From an uncultured archaeon (GTDB lineage: Archaea > Asgardarchaeota > Lokiarchaeia > Sigyniarchaeales > SOKP01): a stretch of DNA of 20,674 nucleotides. The position numbers and the translations under genes were made by a program. Shown piece by piece: positions 8,551 to 19,845 of the stretch; positions within the stretch are counted from its first letter, which is position 1, and each line of letters opens with the position of its first letter. The stretch is from assembly GCA_964388035.1 (NCBI GenBank), contig CAYLZE010000094.1:1-20674 (forward strand). The letters are read 5' to 3'. Below the pieces are notes generated by a model. It made no database searches and was not told the DNA's origin. It saw only the letters and a program-made list of their open reading frames with translations.

Positions 8551-11500
8551 TTATGTTCTATAACGCAATAGTAATTCAATTGGATTTTTATTCTCATCCA
8601 ATACATGTATTAAACCTTCAGTATTACAATAATTATAAGCAAAATTTCTAATTTTTGAGCTTTCAATCATTATTTCTCTCTCATTAGGTATGTAATCTAA
8701 AAATTTTTTACTACAAATCAATATTACTTTTGATTTTGCCCGGGAAGTAAGAACGTTAAATCTATTCAAATCGTAAATGAATTCACTCTCCGCATTTAAT
8801 TGATCTTTATCTGAAATCCCAATGGAAGAAATTATCAATTCCCTATCTGACCCTTGGAATTTCTCGACCGAATATACGGTATTTTTTAGTAATTTCATTA
8901 ATTCCGCATGATTAAGATGAGTTTTTTCCTTAGGCGCTCTGGTCATTTGATTATAAATTTGACGAATTATTAGCCGCCCTTGTGCATTGTGAGGAGCAAC
9001 TACTCCAACCTTTTCAGTCCAAAATAATTTTTCCTGTTCTTCATCTGCGGGAGCAATCATATCAAAATATCCCATCGTAATGTCACAAACCATTTTTGCT
9101 TCCAAAGCACTGATACCAATTTCAAACTTTTTATCATGGATGATAGTTAACACTGATTTGGTAGGATCCAAGATTTGCTTTAACCAGTAATCTTTTACAT
9201 TGTTTATATCTCCATCAAGAATGCGGGAAGCATTATTTGGATGAGATTTTAAAGTTTTATATACTCCCAAGGTTCTGGTGAAATTAACTATATCTTTATT
9301 TGATCTATAATTTACCCGAATTTGTCTATTAGGTATGTAATGGGATTTCACATAATATGCAAAAAGACTATCTAATATTTTTATTAAATTTTTTGGGGGT
9401 TTTACGGGTTGAACGGGAGGTAATTGATTATAATCTCCTACAATTATTACTTTTGTTAAAGGCGAATAAGTAATAGATCTATCTAATTCAAGCTTTTGAA
9501 CATGCTCCTTATTTAAAACCCTTTTTCCTGCAGATAATGCTGCTTTAGGTTTGATGAGGAGGATATCATGTTTATAAATAAATTGCAAACTCGCCATGAA
9601 ATGATCCATGGGTAATTGACTGGCCTCATCAACAATGATTAAATCAAAAGCAAAATCTTCACTTACTCTTTCATTTAGGTAATATAATTGATGAGCATTG
9701 CCAAAAAGGATAAAGTCATCATCTAAGAATTTCTCTAATCTATCGGTGGGAGTCACAGTCCGAGATTTCCCATTCCACTTCCAAGTCTTACCTTTTCTTT
9801 CTAAATCATCAATATGCTGACAATTGGGTTCATCTTCTATAGGTTTTTGATAAGGAGAGCGTAAGAAAATCATCTGAATCTTAGAGGAAGGAGTAGGTTT
9901 ATTTCCAAGAGTCTTACTTTTTCTAACTTTATCAACAACTACTCTAATAGCCGAATAAGAAAATGCCGTGATTAAAATCTTGACAGAAGCTTGCCCTTGT
10001 TCTTTACATCTAATGTAATATTCATCTATAAGGGCAGCGATTGTTTGAGATTTTCCCGTTCCAGGCGGGCCTTGAATTGCAGATAAATGATATCCCAGGC
10101 TATTATTAATTGCTTTTTTCTGCGATATATCGGGAGGAGGTTCGATTTTCGTTTTTAAATCTTGAACAATATTTATATCCTTAACGTCTATTAAGTCAAA
10201 TAATAATTTAGGGGCATATAAATACATGGAGGGAGCAGTAAAAGACCATTTTTCTGGCCAAAATAGTTTAGGCTTAGAACGAATATTCCATAAATACGAT
10301 AATCTGGCACCCAACCAAGATCTTCCCATATTGTCCCTATTCAATAAACCATTTTCTCTATACAGTTTTATGGACCAAGCATCCATCGAACTGGGATATA
10401 AATACCATTGATGATTGTTTTCTTGGCCAACGTAAGGTTCAAAAAACTTTTTATTCAAATCTCCTGTGTAAATGCGATATCCATTTATTTTTTGAATCCA
10501 TTCCATTTGATTGATGAGTATTTTACATTTCTCCATGTTTTTTCCTGACCTCATGCCCCTTTGATCATTAGGTATTAAATAAACGCGATCTCCTTCAGAA
10601 ATTTTCATATTGCTTGATAAACCCGTTATTTCCAAAATGCAAAAAAGTTTATCATCGGGACTCTTATGAATTCTTAATTTATTAACTTCTGCTGCGGCTA
10701 ATTTTCCAATACTATATTCGGGATAAATGGTTCGATAGTTATCTACTTCCATCTCTTCCATGGTTCCCGTGTATTTGGAAAAAAAATACCAAACGAAGGC
10801 AATAGAATGATAATCATTTGGCAATAACACTTCTTGATACTTTATATCACTTATCACGCGAGAATATTTTGGGATCATTTCACCTCCCTTTCTCTGTAAA
10901 TACATTCTTAAATTATTAATCGTTCTCATTTTATGCGTGATTTGGCGAATTATTTCGTCTTCTAGTTCCTTTTTTCTTTTTTTATCCTTTTCTAATAAGA
11001 ATTCGTGCCATGCATTAAAATCCATGTAATTAAAATGGGGAATCCAAAATTTTAAACCAGAATTGGTTTTTAATACTTCTTTCGCAATTTCATGCCATGT
11101 CGTTGAAATGATATTATTAGGAAACCCAAATACCGTTTCAGCAAATAATCGAAGATTAAATAATTTTTTATGTTGATAAGGATGAGTGGGTTCTGATTCT
11201 GAAGGAGTGAATAGAGAGAGGATCGATTCAAATGCTGCAGCATCTTTTGGTTTTTCAATTATATTTTCTAAAGATCCTTCTAACATGTCTTGAAAATTGG
11301 TTAATTGCCGATCAGACCAATAAAAGATACTAGTCGTGGGACCAAAAAATTTCCCTGCATCGAACCCTGTTACGACCACGTAATTTTCAATAATATTACA
11401 TAAACTCAAAATGGAATTAAGCTTTGAAATTAGTACCTTTGCCAAACTCGTCTCGGATTTATCGTTTTCTTTTTTATTAATTGTCGCATATTGGTAAATT

Positions 11501-13035
11501 ACTACGGTTTGTTTGCGAAGAGATCCATCTGCTTTTTGCATTCCCTTGGGAGCTATCACAATGGTTTTTAATTTAATTAAGTCATTATAAAATTGTTCTA
11601 CTTCTCTCAAAGGAATTTTATGATATAGGTAAGGCTGAAGATTCTCATAAACTTCTTGAGCCGTCTTGGAGGTATCTAAGGCTTCTTTCCATACTTTCCA
11701 CCAATTATCAAAAATAGGACTGAAGGATAAAGAAGGAGAAACTGACATGAATAAATAAAAACCCGCCCCATAAACTCTCTGATTGGCGGGATCAGTTTCA
11801 ATAGCAAAAGTTAAAGAAATGGTAGTATATTTAGGAATAGAATAAGAATGAATATGACCTAATTTTGGCTTGATGATATCGTTTTGTATTAATGCATTAG
11901 CCTTGAGTTCTAAAAGGGGTAATTCAGAATAAATCGGTTCGGGGGTACTACCCAATTTTATAGATCCGATTTTACTGGAAACATCTCCAATGGTATTGAA
12001 TCCACGTTCCTGCAATTGTTCGGATATTGAAAGAGAGTTATATGGGAGTAATTTTAAAGACCATTCGGTAGGAGGGGTGCTCCCATCTTTTCCTAACGAA
12101 TTCTTACAATCCTCCAAAAAGTAACAATACCCACAACTAAGCTGGATGTTCACGGGAACATCTTTTATAGATTGCGGGCTTTTCTTCCAAAGATTCTTAA
12201 TTTCTTCTATTATTTCGGTAAATATTATATCCGATTCTTCCCAGGGAATTATAATAACATTTTCATAAAAAGTGGCAATATCTCTAATTTGGAACAATTC
12301 ATTATTTTTAAAATGTGGAAAAATCCCATTTCCATCCACCCTAATAAAAAATTTATCTTCTAAATGATTTTCCCATAAGTAAACAGATAACGTTCTCATG
12401 TAATAAAGAATTTCAATGAATTGCTTCTTTCCAATTTTTGAATCCCGAATATTCTTAATGTCGAAAACCGAAATTCCAAAACGTTTTTTTACTTCATTTT
12501 TAGAAAGTGTCTTTATTGTACCATCTGGTAATAACTCTCTAATCCCAGTGGAAAAATTATTCATTTCATTTCCTACTACTAAAATATCGGGACGTTGATT
12601 AGATAAATCTATGGGAAGGGGTTTGGGTTTTCCCGTTGGGAAAAAAATATTCTCAAAAAATGAATTTGGATTCTCATACTCGTATTCCAAAAGAAAAATT
12701 AGTCCCCTGTCTTTTAGTAAATCATTATACAAGTCTAAAAAATACAATCTACTTAAGTTTGACCCAGTTACCTTCTTTTCGATATCCAACTTATATCGTA
12801 CATCCTTAAATATTTTCTTTAGTAAGAAATAAACTTTTTGTTCATATTTATGCCCTAATTCTGTTAAATTTCTTGCTCCCATATATATCCGCGTGGGTTT
12901 CTTAATATCTCTGTTGGGTCTAAACCATAAGTTTGGATAATTATGTCCCAAATCTAAAAATAACTGCCTTTTGCATTCAGATTCAATATATCGAGCTAAA
13001 ATTTGTTTATCAAATTTGCGTTCATGTTCTTTCAT
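8551..13035 (-). CDS. Dna2/TM0106-like fusion: Fe-S PD-(D/E)xK (RecB/Cas4-like) nuclease + HhH + RNase H-like domain + SF1B (Upf1/Dna2-like) helicase
   Basis: Nuclease: C21 (ESECKRQ), GHKYE, RPDIL, FDIK, C301-x2-C304-x5-C310. Helicase: Q motif DISQKKAI, IQGPPGTGKS, ITAFSYSAI, IVDEASQ, VGDYNQLPP, NYRSN, APHNAQ, SVEKFQGSDR, NRFNVLTSRAK. Confidence 0.85.
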   Translation of the reverse strand: MKEHERKFDKQILARYIESECKRQLFLDLGHNYPNLWFRPNRDIKKPTRIYMGARNLTELGHKYEQKVYFLLKKIFKDVRYKLDIEKKVTGSNLSRLYFLDLYNDLLKDRGLIFLLEYEYENPNSFFENIFFPTGKPKPLPIDLSNQRPDILVVGNEMNNFSTGIRELLPDGTIKTLSKNEVKKRFGISVFDIKNIRDSKIGKKQFIEILYYMRTLSVYLWENHLEDKFFIRVDGNGIFPHFKNNELFQIRDIATFYENVIIIPWEESDIIFTEIIEEIKNLWKKSPQSIKDVPVNIQLSCGYCYFLEDCKNSLGKDGSTPPTEWSLKLLPYNSLSISEQLQERGFNTIGDVSSKIGSIKLGSTPEPIYSELPLLELKANALIQNDIIKPKLGHIHSYSIPKYTTISLTFAIETDPANQRVYGAGFYLFMSVSPSLSFSPIFDNWWKVWKEALDTSKTAQEVYENLQPYLYHKIPLREVEQFYNDLIKLKTIVIAPKGMQKADGSLRKQTVVIYQYATINKKENDKSETSLAKVLISKLNSILSLCNIIENYVVVTGFDAGKFFGPTTSIFYWSDRQLTNFQDMLEGSLENIIEKPKDAAAFESILSLFTPSESEPTHPYQHKKLFNLRLFAETVFGFPNNIISTTWHEIAKEVLKTNSGLKFWIPHFNYMDFNAWHEFLLEKDKKRKKELEDEIIRQITHKMRTINNLRMYLQRKGGEMIPKYSRVISDIKYQEVLLPNDYHSIAFVWYFFSKYTGTMEEMEVDNYRTIYPEYSIGKLAAAEVNKLRIHKSPDDKLFCILEITGLSSNMKISEGDRVYLIPNDQRGMRSGKNMEKCKILINQMEWIQKINGYRIYTGDLNKKFFEPYVGQENNHQWYLYPSSMDAWSIKLYRENGLLNRDNMGRSWLGARLSYLWNIRSKPKLFWPEKWSFTAPSMYLYAPKLLFDLIDVKDINIVQDLKTKIEPPPDISQKKAINNSLGYHLSAIQGPPGTGKSQTIAALIDEYYIRCKEQGQASVKILITAFSYSAIRVVVDKVRKSKTLGNKPTPSSKIQMIFLRSPYQKPIEDEPNCQHIDDLERKGKTWKWNGKSRTVTPTDRLEKFLDDDFILFGNAHQLYYLNERVSEDFAFDLIIVDEASQLPMDHFMASLQFIYKHDILLIKPKAALSAGKRVLNKEHVQKLELDRSITYSPLTKVIIVGDYNQLPPVQPVKPPKNLIKILDSLFAYYVKSHYIPNRQIRVNYRSNKDIVNFTRTLGVYKTLKSHPNNASRILDGDINNVKDYWLKQILDPTKSVLTIIHDKKFEIGISALEAKMVCDITMGYFDMIAPADEEQEKLFWTEKVGVVAPHNAQGRLIIRQIYNQMTRAPKEKTHLNHAELMKLLKNTVYSVEKFQGSDRELIISSIGISDKDQLNAESEFIYDLNRFNVLTSRAKSKVILICSKKFLDYIPNEREIMIESSKIRNFAYNYCNTEGLIHVLDENKNPIELLLRYRT

Positions 13036-13353
13036 TTCTCAATCCAAGAGCCCATTATTTTCTAAATAGTAATAATGAAATTTCAATATTTTTAATCATT
13101 TTCAAGTTTTTGATGAATAAATTATGGGATTTTCAATACTAATATTTTCTTATCTTTATATTAACAGCAATAGTAATTTAAATTTAAACAATAGGGGAGA
13201 AAAAGATTATTGAATTTCATTAATGCTTTTGAGCATAAATATATCACCCTGAAATCCAAAAATAAGAGCAAAAATTTTATAAAATCCGTTTGATCAACAT
13301 TTAAGATAAAAAGAACAAATCTTTCACCTAACAGGGTTCATATAATCAGTTTT

Positions 13354-14880
13354 TCAATGCTCGTGTTCATGATGATGATGTTCAATGTTTACCGGCCGTA
13401 GATTTCCAATTGCCCAAGCTGCTACTTCGTTTAAAGAGGGATGAATAACCATCGAATTATAAATAGGTAGAAATGACCCACTTTCCGGACACGCTCGCTG
13501 GCTTTTTGGAAGTTCATTAATATTTTCAGCCTCAGGGACACTACACGTAAATCCCGCATTCATTAAATATACAAAAGGTTGAACCAAGACATCAGCATTC
13601 GGGCCAATCACGTGAGCCCCCAGTATCTTATAAGACTGATCTATTACTAATTTGACTAAACCATCATCATCATCTCCTTCTTCAAAACCCATTGCAAATC
13701 CTTTCGCAGTAGAGGAATATCTTTTCATCGCAACGTATATTTTATACCCTTTATCTATTGCTTCTTGTTGTGTCATTCCGGCATGACCGATTTGCGGATA
13801 AGTATAAATTGCCCAAGGTACTGTCGAATAATCTACAATTGTTTTATCGTGTTCATGACCAAAAATATTGCGTACGCACACTTCTGCTTCATAATTAGCT
13901 TTGTGACGAAATTGATACAATCCATTAGCATCTCCAATGCACCAAATATTCTTTTTGGAGGTTAATAGGTATTCGTCTGTTTTAATCCAACCTCTCTTAT
14001 CCGTTTCAATTCCGCTCTTTTCAACTTGTAAAAGATCTGCATTCGATTTCCGACCAGATGCAATAAGAATTTCTTCGGCGCTGACTTCACTTGTTTTATT
14101 AGTATTTACATCTTGGATGGTTATAACCTTATTATTTCCTTTCTTTTTTGCTTCTATGGCTTTACTATTCAATAAAATGGTCATGTATTTTTTAAAAATC
14201 TTTTCTAAATGAGAGCTTATTTCTGGCTCTTCCGTGGCGACCAAGCGAGGCAGCATTTCAATTATTGTGACTTCTGTGCCCATCGCTGAAAAAAGATGAG
14301 CAAATTCTGCTGCAATCACTCCACCCCCAATAATGATAAGACTTTTCCAAGGTTTTTTAGGAAATCGTTCTCCAAAGAAATTCTCATTCGTGATGTATTC
14401 CATGTCTTCAATGCCTTTTATGGGAGGGATGAACGTGCGTGCCCCCGAAGCAATTACAAACCGTTTGCCTTTAAAAGTTGCCATGACGGAATTGTCTTTC
14501 AAGGAATGTACTTCCATCTCGTATTCTCCTGTAAAAACCCCCTTACCCTTGAATAAATCTAAATTCGAAACATTAGATAATTGCTTCTCCATTGAGTTGC
14601 TTTCATCAATCTGTGACCACATTCTTTTGGCGATCAAATCCCAATCAATATCTTCAATTTTAAATTTGACTCCAATCGCTTTGGCATGTTGAGCTTCTCG
14701 AATCATATCGGCAGGATATATCAAAATTTTTGAAGGAATGCAACCTCGCGTTAGACAAGTACCCCCTATTTTAGTATTTTCAACCAAACAACATTTCATT
14801 CCAGTCTGCAAGCCATTGTCCAGGATATTTAATCCCGCCCCGCTCCCAATGACAACGAGATCATACTCTTTTCTTTTCAT
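13354..14880 (-). CDS. Class-I pyridine nucleotide-disulfide oxidoreductase (dihydrolipoamide dehydrogenase / mycothione reductase-like)
   Basis: FAD motif GSGAG, redox-active GGTCLTRGCIPSK, NAD motif GGGVIAAE...IIEM, WCIGD, C-terminal HPSLNE dyad, His-rich tail. Confidence 0.88.
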   Translation of the reverse strand: MKRKEYDLVVIGSGAGLNILDNGLQTGMKCCLVENTKIGGTCLTRGCIPSKILIYPADMIREAQHAKAIGVKFKIEDIDWDLIAKRMWSQIDESNSMEKQLSNVSNLDLFKGKGVFTGEYEMEVHSLKDNSVMATFKGKRFVIASGARTFIPPIKGIEDMEYITNENFFGERFPKKPWKSLIIIGGGVIAAEFAHLFSAMGTEVTIIEMLPRLVATEEPEISSHLEKIFKKYMTILLNSKAIEAKKKGNNKVITIQDVNTNKTSEVSAEEILIASGRKSNADLLQVEKSGIETDKRGWIKTDEYLLTSKKNIWCIGDANGLYQFRHKANYEAEVCVRNIFGHEHDKTIVDYSTVPWAIYTYPQIGHAGMTQQEAIDKGYKIYVAMKRYSSTAKGFAMGFEEGDDDDGLVKLVIDQSYKILGAHVIGPNADVLVQPFVYLMNAGFTCSVPEAENINELPKSQRACPESGSFLPIYNSMVIHPSLNEVAAWAIGNLRPVNIEHHHHEHEH

Positions 14881-15042
14881 TATTTCTTTTAGAGAAAGTA
14901 TAATTTTTAAATCTTCAGCTGATATTTTATAGATTCAGATTTAGAACTGATATCCAAGTAATACCTCAATAATGACTAAATAGAGAAAATGTTACTTTTA
15001 AGCATGAAAAATAAATTAAAAAGAAGGTATATAAAAAGGAAG

Positions 15043-15321
15043 TTAATTTTTTATTTCTTGGGTCAGCACATATATCCAAGATTCAAGATATTGACCCTTG
15101 AAGGAATCTTTATCTTCTAAATTATCATATTCCACTTTATACTCGTTCAATAGTTCCATTTTTTTCATTCGTTCCGCATCGAAATATCCTTTAGCAAATT
15201 CTTTTAAAAAAGCTTTTTTTGATTGCTTTGCTTCCTCATTTCTGACTTCCATCTCTTTTTCGGAAGCATATTTTTTTACTCCTTCTACCTTTTCAATTGA
15301 CTGGGTTATAAATACTTGCAT
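15043..15321 (-). CDS. Hypothetical helical protein; paralogue of the central helical segment of the 19846-20463 protein
   Basis: Good RBS (AAGGTGA 7 nt before ATG). 25/50 ungapped identities to the 19846-20463 protein (EFAKGY...DKDSFKGQYLESWIYVLTQEI vs EFAMGY...DKESYKGQSLKNWIDMLNLEI). Confidence 0.8.
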   Translation of the reverse strand: MQVFITQSIEKVEGVKKYASEKEMEVRNEEAKQSKKAFLKEFAKGYFDAERMKKMELLNEYKVEYDNLEDKDSFKGQYLESWIYVLTQEIKN

Positions 15322-15382
15322 TTTTTTATCACCTTAATGTGTAAGTTTATTTTTTATTTCTAAGTAAAAGATGATTAGAATA

Positions 15383-15441
15383 GAATATAAAAAATTTGAT
15401 AAGAAAAATGTTAGTCATTTTGATAAGTTAATTTGTCAAGG
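15383..15441 (-). promoter_or_regulatory. Promoter/operator element, copy A (TATA-like box plus TTGAT-N10-GTCAA palindrome)
   Basis: 47/59 identical to 20534-20592. On the - strand TTTTATAT lies at the gene-proximal end. Palindrome at 15420-15439. Confidence 0.7.
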
Positions 15442-15620
15442 AAAAAAAATATTAATTTTTATAATTATGACATGAATTCCATTTTATTCCTATTTTAAAA
15501 AGGAGATTTGAAGAAATGCTTTTTTAGGAGATATAAAATGGATCCTGAGATAGATTAATTAATTCATCCTTTTCAAATAAATATAAAAAAAAGTAAGTTC
15601 CTCATACATGCGTTAATGCG

Positions 15621-17912
<2,292 letters not shown>

Positions 17913-17972
17913 TTATCGCCTCTTTTATTTAAATATGCATTCTTTTTTTTAAATTTGCACTCTTTATTTTAG

Positions 17973-17988
17973 AAAAAAAAAAAAAAAA
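17973..17988 (-). terminator. T16 tract (on - strand) downstream of the mtd-like gene
   Basis: A16 homopolymer on + strand, 24 nt beyond the stop at 18013; oligo-T tracts are the typical archaeal intrinsic terminator. Confidence 0.55.
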
Positions 17989-18012
17989 CACAAACCTAAG
18001 TTAAAATTAGTA

Positions 18013-19011
18013 TTATTTTTTCAATAAATCTTTTGCCACTTCAAATGCGATATTATAGTCAAAAACTTTCAATCCCTTAGTATTAGCTGCTTCTTTTAAT
18101 ATAGCTCCTTCGGAATTTGATTTTAGCTTACCTAGTCCTAAAGCTCCAATTCCAAAAATCCCGGGATATATCTCATCATTTTTATGTTTAGGTTTAATAC
18201 CTTCAATGCCGTAAGGCGGAACTAAATTAATATCTACCACTATCTTCTTCCCTTTTAATTGCTTCATCAGGTCTTCAGATAATATTTCAACACCTGCAGC
18301 TGCTAAAGACCATATGAAATCAGCATCTTTCACCACATTCAGTCTTTCTTCGGGGGTGGGAGCAAATACACCCGTTATTTTTGTTGCTCCTTCACCTGCT
18401 TCTGTTGTCAATTCTGCAGCTAAGTTCGATATGAATTCCTTACTTGATTTATCCCAAGTTTCGACAAAGAAAGTATTTAAATGAATTTTTGCCGCTAAAA
18501 TTGCGGCGATTCTTCCTACGGGTCCCGCTCCAAAGATAACTACTTTTTTATCTTTCACATCACCCATTCCGTGTTTCCTTTTAGCGATATCAAGGGTCAT
18601 CGCAACCACCGCCGAAGCTGTGGTGTGAGAACCACGAGGATCAATAATCACGGGACACTCAAAGGGAGTAACTAGAGATTTTACAACCGTTTTAGCTATT
18701 TTCTCGCCTTCTTTTACATCGGACCCTCCAATAAAAAAGGTAGTGGGCGCACCTGGTTTTCTTGAAAAAATCGCATCCTGCACGATCTTCGCAACAAAAT
18801 CTGCTTTCATTTTACTCACAGGAACCACGATATCAAACCCGGCATCATAGGCCATATTAATATCAAAAGGAGAGGCCACTTCATCCGTATCGAAAAAATA
18901 ACAAATTTTATCGGAGATATCCTTTTTCTTAATTATAATGGGCGTCAATTCTAAAATAGATTTTCTTCCCAAAATTCTTTCCACTTCAGTGGACATGTTA
19001 CTATTTGCCAT
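18013..19011 (-). CDS. NAD(P)-dependent methylene-tetrahydromethanopterin/tetrahydrofolate dehydrogenase (MtdA/MtdB/MtdC family)
   Basis: Family motifs DTDEVASPFDINMAYDAGFD, VQDAIFSR, FIGGSD, DPRGSHTTASA, Rossmann GAGPVG, AAAGVEIL, DINLVPPYGIEGI, GIGALGLGKLK. Confidence 0.88.
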   Translation of the reverse strand: MANSNMSTEVERILGRKSILELTPIIIKKKDISDKICYFFDTDEVASPFDINMAYDAGFDIVVPVSKMKADFVAKIVQDAIFSRKPGAPTTFFIGGSDVKEGEKIAKTVVKSLVTPFECPVIIDPRGSHTTASAVVAMTLDIAKRKHGMGDVKDKKVVIFGAGPVGRIAAILAAKIHLNTFFVETWDKSSKEFISNLAAELTTEAGEGATKITGVFAPTPEERLNVVKDADFIWSLAAAGVEILSEDLMKQLKGKKIVVDINLVPPYGIEGIKPKHKNDEIYPGIFGIGALGLGKLKSNSEGAILKEAANTKGLKVFDYNIAFEVAKDLLKK

Positions 19012-19072
19012 TTTTTATACCATCTCGCTTTAATTTAGTTAAAATTATAAAAATTTAGAAAAAATCCCAAAT

Positions 19073-19828
19073 TTATTCTTTCTCACGTATCTTTACTTCC
19101 ACTTCTTTCTCCATTTCTTTCTCTACTTCTTCTGTCTTAATGCTCTTCTTTATCTTGATTTTTTCTGTCTCGACGCCTAAAGATTCGGCAAGATCATCTA
19201 AACCATCAAAATGTCTCTTATCGCAGATAAAAAATCCTTTTAACTTATTAGTTTCTACATTTTTACCGATATCTTTTGCTAAATTAAGAATATTCATCAT
19301 CATCCACGCTTCTCTTACCTTATATCTCACCTCATCTTCCTGATCATCATAGTCCTTCTTTAGATATTCTTTCCATATTAATAAACGTTGAAACTCTTCG
19401 TCCTCCATTGGCGCTTTTCCTTCTTTTTCTATAATTTCTTTAATCCTTTGTTCAAGTTTCATCATAATTTCTCTATGTTCATCCAATGCTGTTGAAAGGT
19501 ATCCTTCGGCACTTTCCTCAATATCGGCATGTTTAAACGGGACTTTATTATGCTGGAAGAGTGCTTTTAGTGGATCTTTTTCATTATTATTATAACTATT
19601 CGGTCTCTCTTCAAGAGCAAAATCGGGCTTATATTTCTCAACCAGACTTTCAATTAAATCCAAATATTCCCTTGAAATCAAATGCAAATTCCACACCAAG
19701 TCCTCTTTGAGTTCTTCAGGCACTTCGAACCACCAATCGATGGGGAATTCACTCTCTACCAATATCAATTTTAAAACCTTCTCCTTAAGTGGCTTTAATT
19801 CCAACACTCGATTTGACATTTTTTTCAT
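19073..19828 (-). CDS. Hypothetical protein, probable TraB/GumN/TIKI-superfamily fold; likely true start at 19819
   Basis: LHLISREYLDLIESLVEKYKPDFALEE resembles the TraB H-x-S...PD-x-V-x-x-E segment; VREAWMMMNIL and GFFICDKRHFDGL resemble the R-x3-M and VVGxxHxxG segments. GAGGT is spaced for the second ATG. Confidence 0.55.
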   Translation of the reverse strand: MKKMSNRVLELKPLKEKVLKLILVESEFPIDWWFEVPEELKEDLVWNLHLISREYLDLIESLVEKYKPDFALEERPNSYNNNEKDPLKALFQHNKVPFKHADIEESAEGYLSTALDEHREIMMKLEQRIKEIIEKEGKAPMEDEEFQRLLIWKEYLKKDYDDQEDEVRYKVREAWMMMNILNLAKDIGKNVETNKLKGFFICDKRHFDGLDDLAESLGVETEKIKIKKSIKTEEVEKEMEKEVEVKIREKE

Positions 19829-19845
19829 ACCTCTTTTTATTTAAT

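Noticed and set aside
12100-13035. Cas4 gene / CRISPR locus
   Set aside because: The Cas4-like Fe-S nuclease is fused to a helicase; no cas1/cas2 and no repeat-spacer array are visible in the window.
13354-14880. Mercuric reductase MerA
   Set aside because: No vicinal C-terminal CC pair, no NmerA domain and no mer operon genes.
19073-19160. Similarity between the 251-aa C-terminus (KSIKTEEVEKEMEKEVEV) and the 92-aa N-terminus (QSIEKVEGVKKYASEKEMEV)
   Set aside because: Both are low-complexity E/K/V sequence, so chance cannot be excluded by eye.
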